Assembly: GCA_012295275.1 (NCBI GenBank)
Contig: CM022673.1
Span: 6,882,001 to 6,946,000, forward strand
DNA length: 64,000 nt
Direction of reading: 5' to 3'
Origin: Chrysomallon squamiferum
Lineage: Eukaryota > Animalia > Mollusca
Of this stretch, positions 1-13,441 are shown piece by piece (the stretch's first letter is position 1; every line of letters begins with the position of its first letter). The notes beneath the pieces are model-generated. The model was not told the DNA's origin, ran no database searches, and worked only from the letters and a program-made list of their open reading frames with translations. The translations under genes were made by a program, and so were the position numbers.

Positions 1-1923
1 ATGAAATTTATTACTGATTTTTATTCTGATCCTTTAGAAACATAGTAACAGGTTAGAGACAGGAATTAATTAATGAATATTTATCAAACATTTTTTAAAA
101 TTTTAAATATTATTAAAGCCAGTATAAATGATTAATATGCTATTTTGTTACTATTTTAAATATAGCCCTCACTTTATGTTTGGAAAAGCAATAAGCAGGG
201 ACTAATGTGTACTATATCTATATTGGAAAGAAATATTAATAAAAATAATTTATTTTTAGAAACGACAATAAGTAGAACAGGTTTAATATATGTTTTTAGA
301 TTTGTAGAATGTATTTTGTTATCGCTTTTCCACAATATTTTAACACTTCGAGCAAATGGAATGTTTGTTTTGTAATTTTTAATTTGTTTATTTTTTTTAA
401 AATTATATACACAGACACCCTTTTGTTTTTGAAATATTTGTTGGGTTTTTGTTTTTTTTTTTTTTTTTTTAATGAATGTTTTCAGGTAATTTCAATATAT
501 TCTCGTTTTGCTTATTGTAAAAAAAAAAAAAAAAAAAATTATATATATATTTATATAGTTCATCATTTTACTGATTAACTTATTGATTAATTTTTTTTTT
601 TTTTTAATTTTTAAAAAAAACAATACTTAGCCTACTTCAAAAAGAACGTATGTTTTTATTTATTTTCTAATTTATTATTAATTTACCTGATCTTTATTCT
701 TATATACCAAACCGCAAATCCGAAAACCGCATTTTTCGGTTTCCTTGTAGTAATATTTGTACAGTCGGATTTGTTTTCATCTTTAAAAAAAAAAAAAAAA
801 AAAAAAAAAGTAGTAAGAGGAGCGGATCCATCGGTGTAATGTCCTTGTTGGACGGGATTTCGACCTCACCCTCCTCGTTTGCTTAAAACCCCTACTTGTA
901 CGAAACAGTTTTAAACCACAAAAATCCAGAGTGTTTGTATCTTTAACAAACTGTACCAAGAAAGAAACAAAGCAATGTGTTGAAAGTATATATATATATA
1001 TAAAAAAAAAAAAAAAAAAAAACTGTTGTTCTTGCGATGTTCACACCAGCTTGACAAACGGTAACTGTAAATAAATGAAACAACCCGCTGAAAGTGTATG
1101 AAATATATATTTAGCTGTGTGTACTGGCGTCACTAAACGTCCAGCTAACCTCTTACTCATAAACATTCGTAGCGCTGAAATGTACCGAGTAATAATCTAC
1201 TTTTTTTCTTTTAATGGCTCTTAAGGGCACATCCACCGAAATCGACAGGGACACCTTGACCATAACTAATCTGTTGAACGCTGAAAACAAAATTCTCGAA
1301 AAGTCTGTTTTTACGGTTTAGTCGGTGTGAAAACGGTCTAGTGAAAATTCGGAGGGTGTGAGATATTAAGAAATAATTTCGCCCCATCTATGAATACGTT
1401 TTTGATCCTCCCTGAGTTTTGTCAGTTTGATTTATCCTAAACCCTCAGTTAAATGTTTTTTTTTTTTTTTTTTTTTTGTATGCGTGTCAGTACAATTAAA
1501 GTTGAAGCTTGGTTTGTTTGTTGGTTTTGTGGTAAATGAAACAGTTGATTAGTGGTGTGTAAGTGTGTATGTAGGTGTGTGTATATCTGTGTGCGTGTCT
1601 GTGTGTGACTGTGTCTGGGTCAGACTGTGTATTAGCATATGTAAATGAAGGTGAGAATGTAAAGGTATGTTTTACACTTTAATGTGGATACAAAGAGATA
1701 ATGGGTGAAAGAACAAAACAAGCGAAAATAAATAAAAGATTGAGAAAAGATTAGAGTACAAACTGAAAGATATTTAAATACTCACAGACAAAGATTGTTA
1801 GAGATAAGGAGAGATAAATCTAAAGAACTGGCTCTTTTAATTTTAAGGATATTCAACATTTATTCACAGTGTAGCTGAGACTTGACATTCATCTTATATT
1901 ATTATTATTATTATTATTTATTA

Positions 1924-1999
<76 letters not shown>

Positions 2000-2201
2000 T
2001 ACTTTCAGAGCTGAAATTTTGCGTCATCTCTCCATCACATCTACATAATAAATCCACGGAAGACGAACTTGGCGAGAATATGCCTTCAGCTATATATAAT
2101 TATTGATATGCCTTTAGAGCTATATGAGTGATATGCCTTTTAGTCCTCTATATCCATCACATCTACATAATAAATCCACGGAAGACGAACTTGGCGAGAA
2201 T

Positions 2202-2228
2202 ATGCCTTCAGCTAGTCCTCTATATAAT
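2202..2228 (+). CDS. Candidate first coding segment (MPSASPLYN) of the ETS gene
   Basis: ATG at 2202 with a phase-0 donor AAT|GTAAGT at 2229. The next exon begins at 3583 (CACAG|TTT CCT CCA ATG) in phase 0. A TTTCAG acceptor lies at about 2003-2008. Confidence 0.6.
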
Positions 2229-3290
2229 GTAAGTGATATGCCTTCAGCTAGTCCTCTATACAATGTAAGTGATATGCCTTCAGCTAGTCCTCTATACAAT
2301 GTAAGTGATATGCCTTCAGCTAGTCCTCTGTATAATGTAAGTGATATGCCTTCAGCTAGTCCTCTATACAATGTAAGTGATATGCCTTCAGCTAGTCCTC
2401 TATGCAATGTAAGTGATATGCCTTCAGCTAGTCCTCTATACAATGTAAGTGATATGCCTTCAGCTAGTCCTCTATGCAATGTAAGTGATATGCCTTCAGC
2501 TAGTCCTCTATGCAATGTAAGTGATATGCCTTCAGCTAGTCCTCTATACAATGTAAGTGATATGCCTTCAGCTAGTCCTCTATGCAATGTAAGTGATATG
2601 CCTTCAGCTAGTCCTCAATGTAAGTGATATGCCTTCAGCTAGTCCTCTATATAATGTAAGTGATATGCCTTCAGCTAGTCCTCTATAGAATGTAAGTGAT
2701 ATGCCTTCAGCTAGTCCTCTATATAATGTAAGTGATATGCCTTCAGCTATTCCATTATATAATGTAAGTGATATGCCTTCAGCTAGTCCTCTATGCAATG
2801 TATGATATGCCTTCAGCTAGTCCTCTATGTGATAATGATATGCCTTCAGCTAGTTTCTATAGAATGTAAGTGATATGCCTTCAGCTAGTCCTCTATAGAA
2901 TGTAAGTGATATGCCTTCAGCTAGTCCTCTATAATAATGTAAATGATGCCTTCCTAGTCTATAGCTATTGATATTATATAATGTAAGTGATATGCCTTCA
3001 GATATGACTATCAAATGATAGTCCTCTATACAATGTGATATATAGTCCTCTATATAATGTAAGTGATATGCCTTCAGCTAGTTCTCTATATAATGTAAGT
3101 GATATGTCTTCAGCTAAGTCCTCTATAATAATGTAATATGCCTTCAGCTATTGCATTATATAATGTAAGTGATATGACTTCAATTAGTCGTTTATATTAT
3201 GTAAGTAATATGTCTTCAAGTAGTCCTCTATATAATGGAAGTGACATGCCTTCAGTTAGTCCATTGTACAATATAAATAATATGCCGTTA
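2202..3290 (+). repeat. 36-bp minisatellite (ATGCCTTCAGCTAGTCCTCTATATAATGTAAGTGAT), roughly 25-30 units, degenerating toward the 3' end
   Basis: Units start at 2202, 2238, 2274 and so on. Each translates as MPSASPLYNVSD and contains GTAAGT. Confidence 0.95.
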
Positions 3291-3501
3291 GCTGATGGTA
3301 TTATTATAGAAGTGATATATATATATGTTGTCTTTTATAAAATGATGTAATTTTTGGGTAAAAGAAGAAGCTATATTAAAACACAGTTATCGGTTTTGGT
3401 ATTTAAATATATTTCGTACACAGTTATTTCTCGCAGAGGCTTTTCTAACAATAACGTTTTGCAGCAGTGCACCATTATCAAATTGGTTGAAAATTTAAAA
3501 A

Positions 3502-3537
<36 letters not shown>

Positions 3538-3591
3538 TTATTTCATTCATCATTTTAATTCTTCTCTTGCATTCCTCCACAGTTTCCTCCA

Positions 3592-4059
3592 ATGACGGGA
3601 GAAGCCGACTGCGCCTACAGAGTGCCCTCCACAGACTGTTTCCAAGACACCCGCTTTCCGAGCGGCTACGATCCTTTCCAGTCACTGAGTGCCATGGCCA
3701 ACCAGACGTTCACTGGAAGCGCCGCATCCGTACCCAGTTCCCACTGTCAGAACGCGAACTACAACGCCGGCAACGTGCAGCACCTGAGCAGCAACCCGTC
3801 GCCTGCGACTCCGTCCCCGCCGCAGTACCTGAACACGTCGAGCAGTTCGGTGTACTGCATGTACAACGTGTCGCCCGAAAGCCGGCGGCACCTCGCGGAC
3901 ATCTCCGCCCCCAGCGACGACTCGTGTCGGCTCGCTGCGTCGAAGAAGTCGTTTCCGACGTCGGCGGAAGACATCTACGAAGGTATGCAGGTGTTGTTTC
4001 TTACGAGATAGAATAATAAAACTGCGTAGAGTAAGCAATCAGTTAAACGTATCCTGACT

Positions 4060-4143
<84 letters not shown>

Positions 4144-4228
4144 TAGATAGATAGAGAGATAGATAGAGAGAGATTGATAGATAGATAGATAGGTAGATAG
4201 AGAGATAGATAGATAGAGAGAGAGATTG

Positions 4229-4305
<77 letters not shown>

Positions 4306-4632
4306 TTAAAATTATAATTTTATTATGTTTATTAAGGAATATTTATTTCACGTGGGAAATGTTTAAGAATTAATTAAATTCAGCAGCGTCTCTTCTTTCT
4401 TTTCTTTTATTGATCAAGCTTTACCTATAGCTTAACCTTAAATTTGTTTATAATCTTCATACCTCAGAATCTTGGACTTTCTTTGAATCTAATTTAACAA
4501 ATTGTATGATAACACACGATGCTACCTATCTATATGTATATGTTCTCATTAATTCCATCTCGTTAACTTCGTTTGATAAAAAACCCCATTATTTTAAAGA
4601 AAGCCTTTACAATTATATACAAAGAAAGAAAG

Positions 4633-4664
<32 letters not shown>

Positions 4665-5592
4665 CATTTTTAACTTTTCAGTTAGTTAAGAACAAAAAGG
4701 TCAGACTGAAAATAGATGATATTCTCGTGTTTCAAACGACTAATGTAACTTTTTTTTTGATTTGATTTGGCCTTGAACGACGCCGTAAATGTTAATTTTA
4801 TTAAATTAATTGATTTAAAGAGAAGAAAGAAGTTGAAGCAGAAAAGTGAAGGAGATGAAAAAAAAAAAAATAATATGAAGATGTATGAAAAGAGAAAATA
4901 CAAAATAAAGAGATGGAATAAGAATAACAATCAGAACGAAAAATAAGAAGGAATAAAAGTAAACAAAACAACCAACAAACAATGGCGACAAACAACGAAA
5001 AACCACCAAACAGTTAAGAATATATATATATATATACTTATTGAGTTTAAACTGACAGTGTCTAGTGATAAAACAGAGAATGCATTGGAATTCAGATCTG
5101 AGATTTCAAAAACTATAACTATATATATATTTTTTTTTGTTTCGATTCAGAACAAGATGGCTTCCTAAGCTGGACTCGAAAACACCCGGAACACTGGTCT
5201 TGTAAGGAGGTTCTCGATTGGTTGTTTTTCTTGGGTCAGGAAAAAGGCCTGGATATGAGCGAGTTGAGGGGAGAAGGGTTTCAGAATCTGAACGGTTCGC
5301 AGCTCTGTCGGATGTCGGAGGAGGAGTTTTTTCAGATCGATCCCAAATTCGGAAAACTGTTTTATGAGACGCTCAAGAAAATGTTGCTGAATGGCGGTAG
5401 GTGAATCTCGAAGTGAACTTGGAAACAGAATGAGGGATAGATATTATTTAATTTAAATACTTGTGATTGTCCTGTGCTATTCTGAATGAAAAAGAAAAAT
5501 TACAAAGTGCTGTGTGTGTATGTATGTACATGAGTGCCTATGTGTGCTGTGTACTGTGTATAAATATATCTATCTATCTATCTATCTATCTA

Positions 5593-5676
<84 letters not shown>

Positions 5677-6831
5677 CATACATACATACAAACATACATA
5701 TATTATTGCTACATAATAACAGCAGCGAAACTAATTAAAAATATATTAAAAAATAACCTAGTCCTAAGTCAGTACTGAAGACCTACACTGAAAACATTCT
5801 GTCGTGCTTAAATGTGTGTTTGTCCCAGTTCTTTTTATTTCATTACCTAACCTACTACTGCTCTGTTGCCTATATATTCAGTTAACAAATGTAATAACAA
5901 TAATCAAATTTTTTTGTTTTTTTTTTTCACAGTTGTTTTTACTAAGCCGGACATTACAACACCGGATTTACAGGAAATGTCAACTTTTAATCCATCAGTC
6001 TGTGAGACAACTTCTAGAACCTTCCAGACCTGTAATTCCCCAGTGTACCACGAACTCGTCCGCAAAGAAGATCACAATCCACAGTTTGCAGGTGAGGAGT
6101 TAAGGGTTAAATTAATATATTCCTTCTGCATTGTTCGCAAGACGATGTACATTTTTTTTTGACTGGAGAGAAAGCTGGCAGCCTTGAAGTCGATAGGATG
6201 AAAGGAGAAGAAATGTTAAAAAATGTTAAAAAAAAAAAAAAAAATAAATAAAATAAAATTAAATTAAAAATTAAAAAATAATAATAATAATAAAAAAAAT
6301 TAATAATTATACAAAAAAAAAAAAAAAAAATAAAAATAAAACGTCAATTAAAAAAAAAAAAAAAAAAAAAAAAATTAAAATTAAAAAAAAAATTAAAAAA
6401 TTAAAAAATCAGAAGGAATTATAACACCAATCACAATAAACTGCTCATTTTAAAAAAAAAAAAAAATACTTCCCATTTTTTAGCCATGTAATTAAATAAA
6501 CAACACTACGACTGTAAACAGCTAATTACACAGTGTTAACGTTTCTTGTAGGATTCCCGCTGCCCGATGGGTACATGAAACCAGAAAGACAGGATGCCCT
6601 GCCTAACGACGTCATCGACATGGGCCCTTACGACTTTGATCTCAACGATCCACCGCCACTTCCGCCTCCAGCCGGAAACGGAATGCAAACATATCAAAGT
6701 ATGTGCACGTGTTTGTTTGTTTTCTTTCGCTGATTAAGTCTTACCGTGTTTATCTTGTAAAACGTAGACGGTTTAAATAGCTATTCGACGAGGCATAGAT
6801 AGAGTGGCTTTCATCTCATATCTTTAGAATA

Positions 6832-6926
<95 letters not shown>

Positions 6927-7462
6927 CTATCTATCTACACACACACACACACACATACTTACATACAGACATACACCCATACACATACGAACGCACGCCC
7001 ATAAATTATTAATATTTTATGAGTTCAATAAATGTTTTATCATTTTATCTGTACCTCAAAACAGTTTATTAAAGCCCGTTCCAGAATGTCCGGAATAGAA
7101 TTAGTTACCATCAGTAATACGTATTACTGGATTTGTAGGTTATTGTCAACCAGAAATGGACATGTACAATCACGCATACTCGAATTCCATGGCAATGAGA
7201 AATTTCAACATCTCGCAGAATCATTTCCCACAGCAGCTACCACGTCGACGTCCGGGTCGACCACGTGTGAAGAGTCTTCCAGACGAAGTAGCGAGATCTC
7301 AGAAAGATAAGAAAGGTCTGTTGTTTTAGAAGTATGGTTCCCGTTGATAAAGCCTTGTTGTTTCGTTCTTTGTATATTCTGAGTACCACAGCAGAGGCAT
7401 TTATGAATTTCGCTATAATTACGTCCTAATTACTTTTTGTGACTCTGAAAATTTTACTAAAA

Positions 7463-7496
<34 letters not shown>

Positions 7497-8323
7497 TAAA
7501 TATTATTTATAAATATTATTTAGCAAATTATGTTTTTAAAATTATGTTTTCCTGAATAAACATTTCTTATATATATATATATATATTTTTTTTACCCATC
7601 AGTTAAGAATCAACATCTGTGGGAATTCATCTACGAGGCGTTGATGAATCCGCTGTATAATCCACAATTTCTTCGATGGGAAAACCAAAGAGAAGGCGTT
7701 TTCAGGTTTGTCCAGTCTGAAGCTGTGGCCCAGCTATGGGGAAGTTTGAAGAGCAATGACAACATGACGTACGAAAAACTGAGCCGAGCCATGAGGTAAT
7801 GCAATATTGTCACGTAGTCTGTTACTCACAAAACTCCTGCGAAATGGGAGATATGCGAGTGTGTGTTTTATACCCAACGTCTCAGTTTGTAGAGTAACTG
7901 GTTTTTTTTTTTTTTAATGTTCATTTTTTTTACTGACAAAGAATCTTATTAGTTTTTCTTTGTCTTGTTTTCATCATGTTCACTTGTTTTGTTGTTTAAT
8001 ACTTTTGTTTACACATTTTATTAAATACTGTTAGCTTATTTCTAAAACAGTTTAGTTTTTCTCCAGTATTAACTTAACCTCTGTCATTCTGGTGTTGTTG
8101 GTTTTAAAAAAAATTAATTATAATTATTAACGTATTCCTCTGTGTCGTTTTGTTCAACACGATAATTCTTCATGTGAATTTCTTATAACGTTTCGTTATT
8201 TCGTTTCGCAGACATTATTACAAGCGAGGCATACTGGAACGAGTAGAAGGGAGACGACTTGTGTACAAGTTTTCACTGAAAGCAATGGAGAGAGTTCGAG
8301 AAAAGAGACATAACTCTGTGTGA
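3592..8323 (+). CDS. ETS transcription factor, ESE subfamily (ELF3/EHF/ELF5-like), with PNT/SAM domain, AT-hook and ETS domain; 474 aa from ATG 3592, or 486 aa if it starts at 2202
   Basis: Phase-consistent GT-AG exons: 3592-3982, 5151-5396, 5933-6091, 6552-6698, 7139-7315, 7603-7795, 8212-8323 (1425 nt, TGA stop). Exon 5151-5396 encodes a PNT domain (WTRKHPEHWSCKEVLDWL...LNGSQLCRMSEEEF...GKLFYETL). Exon 7139-7315 encodes RRRPGRPR. The last two exons encode HLWEFIYEALMNP...WENQREGVFRFVQSEAVAQLWG...[31 protein letters not shown], which closely matches the EHF/ELF3 ETS domain. Confidence 0.93.
4061..4304. repeat. Compound (AG)n/(AGAT)n microsatellite
   Basis: Directly visible. Confidence 0.95.
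5151..5396 (+). CDS. Exon encoding the SAM/Pointed (PNT) domain of the ETS factor
   Basis: TTCAG acceptor at 5146-5150 and GTAGGT donor at 5397. Translation EQDGFLSWTRKHPEHWSCKEVLDWLFFLGQEKGLDMSELRGEGFQNLNGSQLCRMSEEEFFQIDPKFGKLFYETLKKMLLNG. Confidence 0.9.
7603..8323 (+). CDS. Two exons (7603-7795, 8212-8323) encoding the ETS DNA-binding domain
   Basis: Canonical ETS motifs LWEF, [15 protein letters not shown] and YKF. A phase-2 intron splits the Arg codon of AMR. Confidence 0.95.
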
Positions 8324-10557
8324 ACGTGCTGATGATGTATATAAAGCAATCAAACATGGCAGCAAAGACATTTTATTCGAAATGGCAGCTGAATGGTGAA
8401 ATTGCATATTCGACAGAAGAAATGAAAAAAACAAACAAAACAAACTATGATTGGCCTATTTGCTCAGTTGGGACAATGAAATGAAATGCAGGAACTTGTA
8501 CAGAACAGTGAAGAATGTGGAAACCGATAGCAGGAAGCTGAGACTAAAAAAGACTCTCAGAATTTGGTTGTAAAGTGCTTTAAGCTTTTTTCAGAAATGG
8601 CTAGTGGTCACAAGTTAAAAGGTACTGAAGGGTGAATATCTTGTTTTTAAACTTCAGAAGTGTCAAACACGTATTGAAATAAAGTCCGTTTAAGACGTGT
8701 TACTGTCGGACAATTGAACGAACGAGAAAGAGCTCCCTCCAAAACGGAACAGATCGGCTGGAAAACAGAACGTTAATATTCCTCTGCGTTTTTGTTGGAC
8801 GGACATCGTAATCCAAATGTTGACAGAAATGATGCATTGTCCTCAGTTCTTCGCAAGGCGTATTTATACATCCGTTTACTCTGAACTAGTTATTAGATCG
8901 GTAAATATATTAAATCCGTCAAGTGCTTTTATGTGTGCGTAATATACAGGGATTAATTAAATGACTCCCAAGCCTTATTTGGCTGAAATTATGCAGGCAT
9001 CAAATGAATCATGACGTTTAAAGTTTTCATATCATCAAAAAATGATTAGAACATTTGTAAATACAATTACCATACCGCCATATTGGACCTGTGCTACTGC
9101 TTACCGAAAAAAATTATTTAATTTAATTTATAATTTTATTTAGTATTTAAAAATTATAATTATTATTTCTTTTTTTTTTTTTTTTTTTTCCTTTGGAGGA
9201 AAAGATCTCGGATTGAATATAACATTAAATAATAATAACAAAAATGTATATATATATATATATACATATGTATTTTATAAGATTGGTTAACTGAAAGGTG
9301 CTTTAGATTTTTAAAACATTAATTTGTATATATAGCAAGAATAATGTTCAGCAAATGGCGTTTATTATATAATTAACCTTGAAGGAGATAGTTAAAGATA
9401 TTTTTTTTTGTTAAAAAAAAACACACACAAAAAAAAGCAGGAGATGAGTTAATATTTATGTATTTAAATGATTCTAGTCAGGAATATAATTTTGCAATAT
9501 GAAACATGTTTTGTAAAGATTAGCCAATCTTTTTTTCTGGACGATCTATTATAATACATTTATTTGTTGTTGCAAATAATATCGTAGTAATTGATTTATA
9601 ATTTATATAATGATAATGATGATGATAATTAAAAAAAAAGAAAGAAAAAAAAAAAGACACGAACAAAAAATAATACACAGTGAAAAACCCCAGTAACAAA
9701 TTAGAACTAAATAAAAAAAAAATATATATAAAAGGAGAAACTGTAGTAATGTTTATGTTTTATAAAATCAAAGTTAAAAACAAAACTCATGCACACACAC
9801 ACTGACAAACATGCTTAAATCAATCCAGCTCGAAAAGAAAAACAATATCAGTCAAGACTGAAACAAAAATAAAATAAAATAAAATTTCAGTTTCCTTTCA
9901 CATACAGGGCTATGGACAAAATTAATTCGGTTCCGTTTATTAATAATGTATATCTGGAAAGTGCCATAGAAGAAAAACAAGAACAATTGACTACTATTTA
10001 TGTATTATTACTGAGTTTGAAAGTGCTCTTAATATTTATTGCAAAAAGATACATAAAAATGTATTAATATATGTAGACGCATGTAGAGTTTACATATTCA
10101 TTCTAAACATACATATCAGACGAGCTATTAAAAATGGCTGAAGTGACTGTTGTGCCGTAGACGTGCAGTTAACTCGTGCTGCTAAATTAACGTTTAAATT
10201 TATTTTAGGACGAAATCTATACGAAGATAATGAAGTGTGTTTTGGCTGTGATAAGTTATTAAGTTTATATGTATATATATATGTATGTATGTATGTTTAT
10301 ACATATATATGTATGTGTAGAAATGTCTGTTTGTATATGTATATGGTGTACATTTATTAATAAATTATTTTAATATTTTAGCTTTTGTAAATAATACAGT
10401 GTCGAACAGACATATTACTCTGTTTATATTTTTGTACATTGTTGAATGTAAATGATATATATTGTATTTCAGGATTTTTGTTTTTATACATATTGAAACA
10501 TCTGCCTTATTTAGGGAAGTTACTGTCATTACTGTTACTTACAGGTTAAATTAATAT

Positions 10558-10943
10558 TTAAAGTACAATTCACACACGACGTAAATTATGGAAAACTCTG
10601 ATGTGATGGATAACTGACGTATCCAGACGTTATAGTCCTGTTTATGGGAAGGTATGTGCAAAATGCACAATGCTGAAGACAGATAACAGTAGCCAATAGT
10701 GAACTCTTTTCTCACAATGTCATCTCTGAATCATAATTACTTTTGACCTCTGACTGTTTACAAAAAACGTCAACGTATCATTAAACGATCAGTTTTTAGA
10801 ATTACTTTGATACAACTACTTGTACTTTCACTTTGATTTCCGTTACGAAACTAAAAATAAAAACAATGGCAGAACTGATCCTTTGTTACTGTTACATCGC
10901 TGAGTGCTATCCACATAAACAGAGTAACTATTCATCTCGAGAT

Positions 10944-10982
<39 letters not shown>

Positions 10983-11056
10983 TTCTTAAATAACAATAAA
11001 AATGTCTTGTAAATAAAAATTTAAAAATTATAGTTTTTTCGTTAACTGGTACTTAA
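10558..11056. mobile_element. Possible non-autonomous TTAA-flanked DNA transposon (Kolobok-like MITE)
   Basis: TTAAAGTACAATTCAC at the left end and GTTAACTGGTACTTAA at the right end form imperfect inverted termini around a block of higher sequence complexity. Confidence 0.25.
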
Positions 11057-12155
11057 GAGTTATGACTTAATAAAGTCCACAGTAACCTTTTTTTCACATT
11101 GTTGGCATTTCTCTATTGTTATTGGTACTAAACAGCACTGTAAAACGTCATTCCAAAAAGCGCCAAATCTTGTTTTCATCAGAATATTACAAGAACAGTT
11201 TTCCCTCCTCAACGATCATTATTTATATTCATACAGTTTATAAAGAAATACTTAAATAAAATATTAATATTAATATTTATATTTAAAAATATACACACGT
11301 TTTTGTGTTGCAAGAAGGTTATAACAGAAAAAAAAAGAAGAAAAAAAAAAAAAAAAAAGAAAAGAAAACTAGTCATTTGAAATGCAATATATTTATCTGA
11401 TATTATTTTTTTGACTTGTAAATGTTTTGAAATAATAATTAAAAATTTGTTTCTCATCTGGAGCTGTGACTAATATACATATTAATACGAGTATACGAAT
11501 TTTTTTTTGACTTACATTTTTGTGTCTTTTATTTCTATGTTTATTAAAGACATAATAATAAGATTTCTGATGCGTTGTTATTAACTGTTTTAACCTTTTT
11601 CATTACTGATATGAATTATTAATCTATAACTTTACATCTTAGAAAATACTGTCATGAAACAGTACTAAGATGTACACATTCTCTCGTGGATATATGTTTA
11701 ACATTGTCCTGTCTCATATTATCTTCTTTATGTCCATTTGTGTAAAATATTAAAATATATCAGTTTTCAGTACCTTATATCTGTATCAAGAAAAAAACAT
11801 AATAATTTGATCACTTTAACTACTATACCATTTTAACTAAAGCAAATTATGATTTACTACTGTCAGAAAGTTTTCAGAAAAGGATAGAAAATTAGAACCT
11901 CTACAATCAAAAACAAAATACAAACCACAGCTTTACCAACAGTAATAATAACATCAACGTCAATACCGCAGTAGTCTTAGGAACATCATCAACAACAAAA
12001 AATATTAACAAGAACAAACAAAGAATAAATATTATGAAATTAGAGGAGTATTTATGCATAACAATGTTACATAAAACTGGTATTTTTCTATTTTTTTGTC
12101 GTTTCTTTTGTGAAAAGTGCTGTAATGAAATATTTTACAGAAAAAAAAACCCAAA

Positions 12156-12211
<56 letters not shown>

Positions 12212-12439
12212 TAACAGCAACAGAAACGTATTATGCAGTACCTGAACAATATTAATGATAGAGAAGAACGGAAGTAACTTATATTAACAACACTTTAAGG
12301 CTTTATTTTTCTCCAAGCAGTAATACACAGTGACAAGTCAAAATGGAAAAATTCCAGCCCTCAAGATAAAATGTCTTCTATACGCCAAAAGCAGATTAAT
12401 CTCGGCTTCTGAAATATGTGGGAGGATGCTGAATATGTC

Positions 12440-12735
12440 AAAGGATTTGGTGGCTTAATGGTAGCCCGCCTGAAGGGCATTAGGTTGTAAGATCAATCCC
12501 TCTTGGCGCCTTCATTGGATTATTCCTCGTTCTAGATAGTGCTCCGTCATTAGTATATCAAAGTCCTTAGAAAGATTTCTTTTGTCAGATGTCTTGCAGA
12601 TTTAATAATCAGTAGGAATAATCCATAGAAATACAGCAGAAGGTTTCCTTCTTAATATTATTGCTGCAAAAAATTACTAACGACAAAAGACATAAATTAA
12701 TTTATTAATTCAAATGTATTAAATCCATCGGTATT
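12440..12735 (+). mobile_element. Decayed tRNA-derived SINE
   Basis: Has a box A-like GTGGCTTAATGGTA and a box B-like AAGATCAATCCC. The body (CATTGGATTATTCCTCGTTCTAGATAGTGCTCC...GGTTTCCTTC) resembles an abundant gastropod SINE as I recall it; this was not checked against a library. Confidence 0.5.
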
Positions 12736-13410
12736 CATTATACTGTATGTTTAGGTTTATCGTATTTTCGTTCTTTCTTTCTTTCTTTCTTCTTCATTTA
12801 ATCATTTTTCAGTCTGCCGGAAATATTAAAGCCTTTCTCTGTTGTTTTGTTGTTTCTTTTTTCAAGCGTGTCTTTTAAGTTAAAAACCAGGTTCAGATTA
12901 TTCTGGCAGATAAAAAAAAAAACAAAAAACAAAAACAAAAAACAATTAAACATTGGACGCACTTCAAGACTGTCAACACTGTGTATACAGCATTAATAAC
13001 TAAGTGTTATTAGGCTGTCGCTGATTGGCTGATAAATAAATACCACTGAACGACAGGCCAATTAATCATGGCGTTTGACTAATGGAAAGGCGAAGATTTG
13101 CGTTGTAATTACGTCACAGCAGAAAATAAGGTGATGACCTCGTTTTACTTTTTATTCTCTTATTTTCATATTATTTATGTTTCCTTTTATCTTCCTTACA
13201 TTTTTTTTTCTTATATCGAAAGTTAGTAAGATAAACATATTCTATTTACTAGCACTAGAATATAGAAAAATACTGTAAAGGAGATGAAGGGTAAACATAT
13301 TTTATACATATCCACACTACTGGTATTGTGATATCCAATCATACGAACACTGATGTACTCTCATACATGTATATTTGTAAATCTCATATATACATCCATA
13401 TAAATATATA

Positions 13411-13441
<31 letters not shown>

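Noticed and set aside
810-1060. Possible non-coding first exon of the ETS gene ending at ACG|GTAACT
   Set aside because: Plausible, but the donor is weak and cannot be supported without transcripts.
2120-2798. Minus-strand (LYRGLAEGISLT)n ORFs
   Set aside because: These are antisense readings of the minisatellite.
2202-3290. 36-bp repeats resembling a CRISPR array
   Set aside because: The units are head-to-tail with no unique spacers, there are no cas genes, and the context is eukaryotic.
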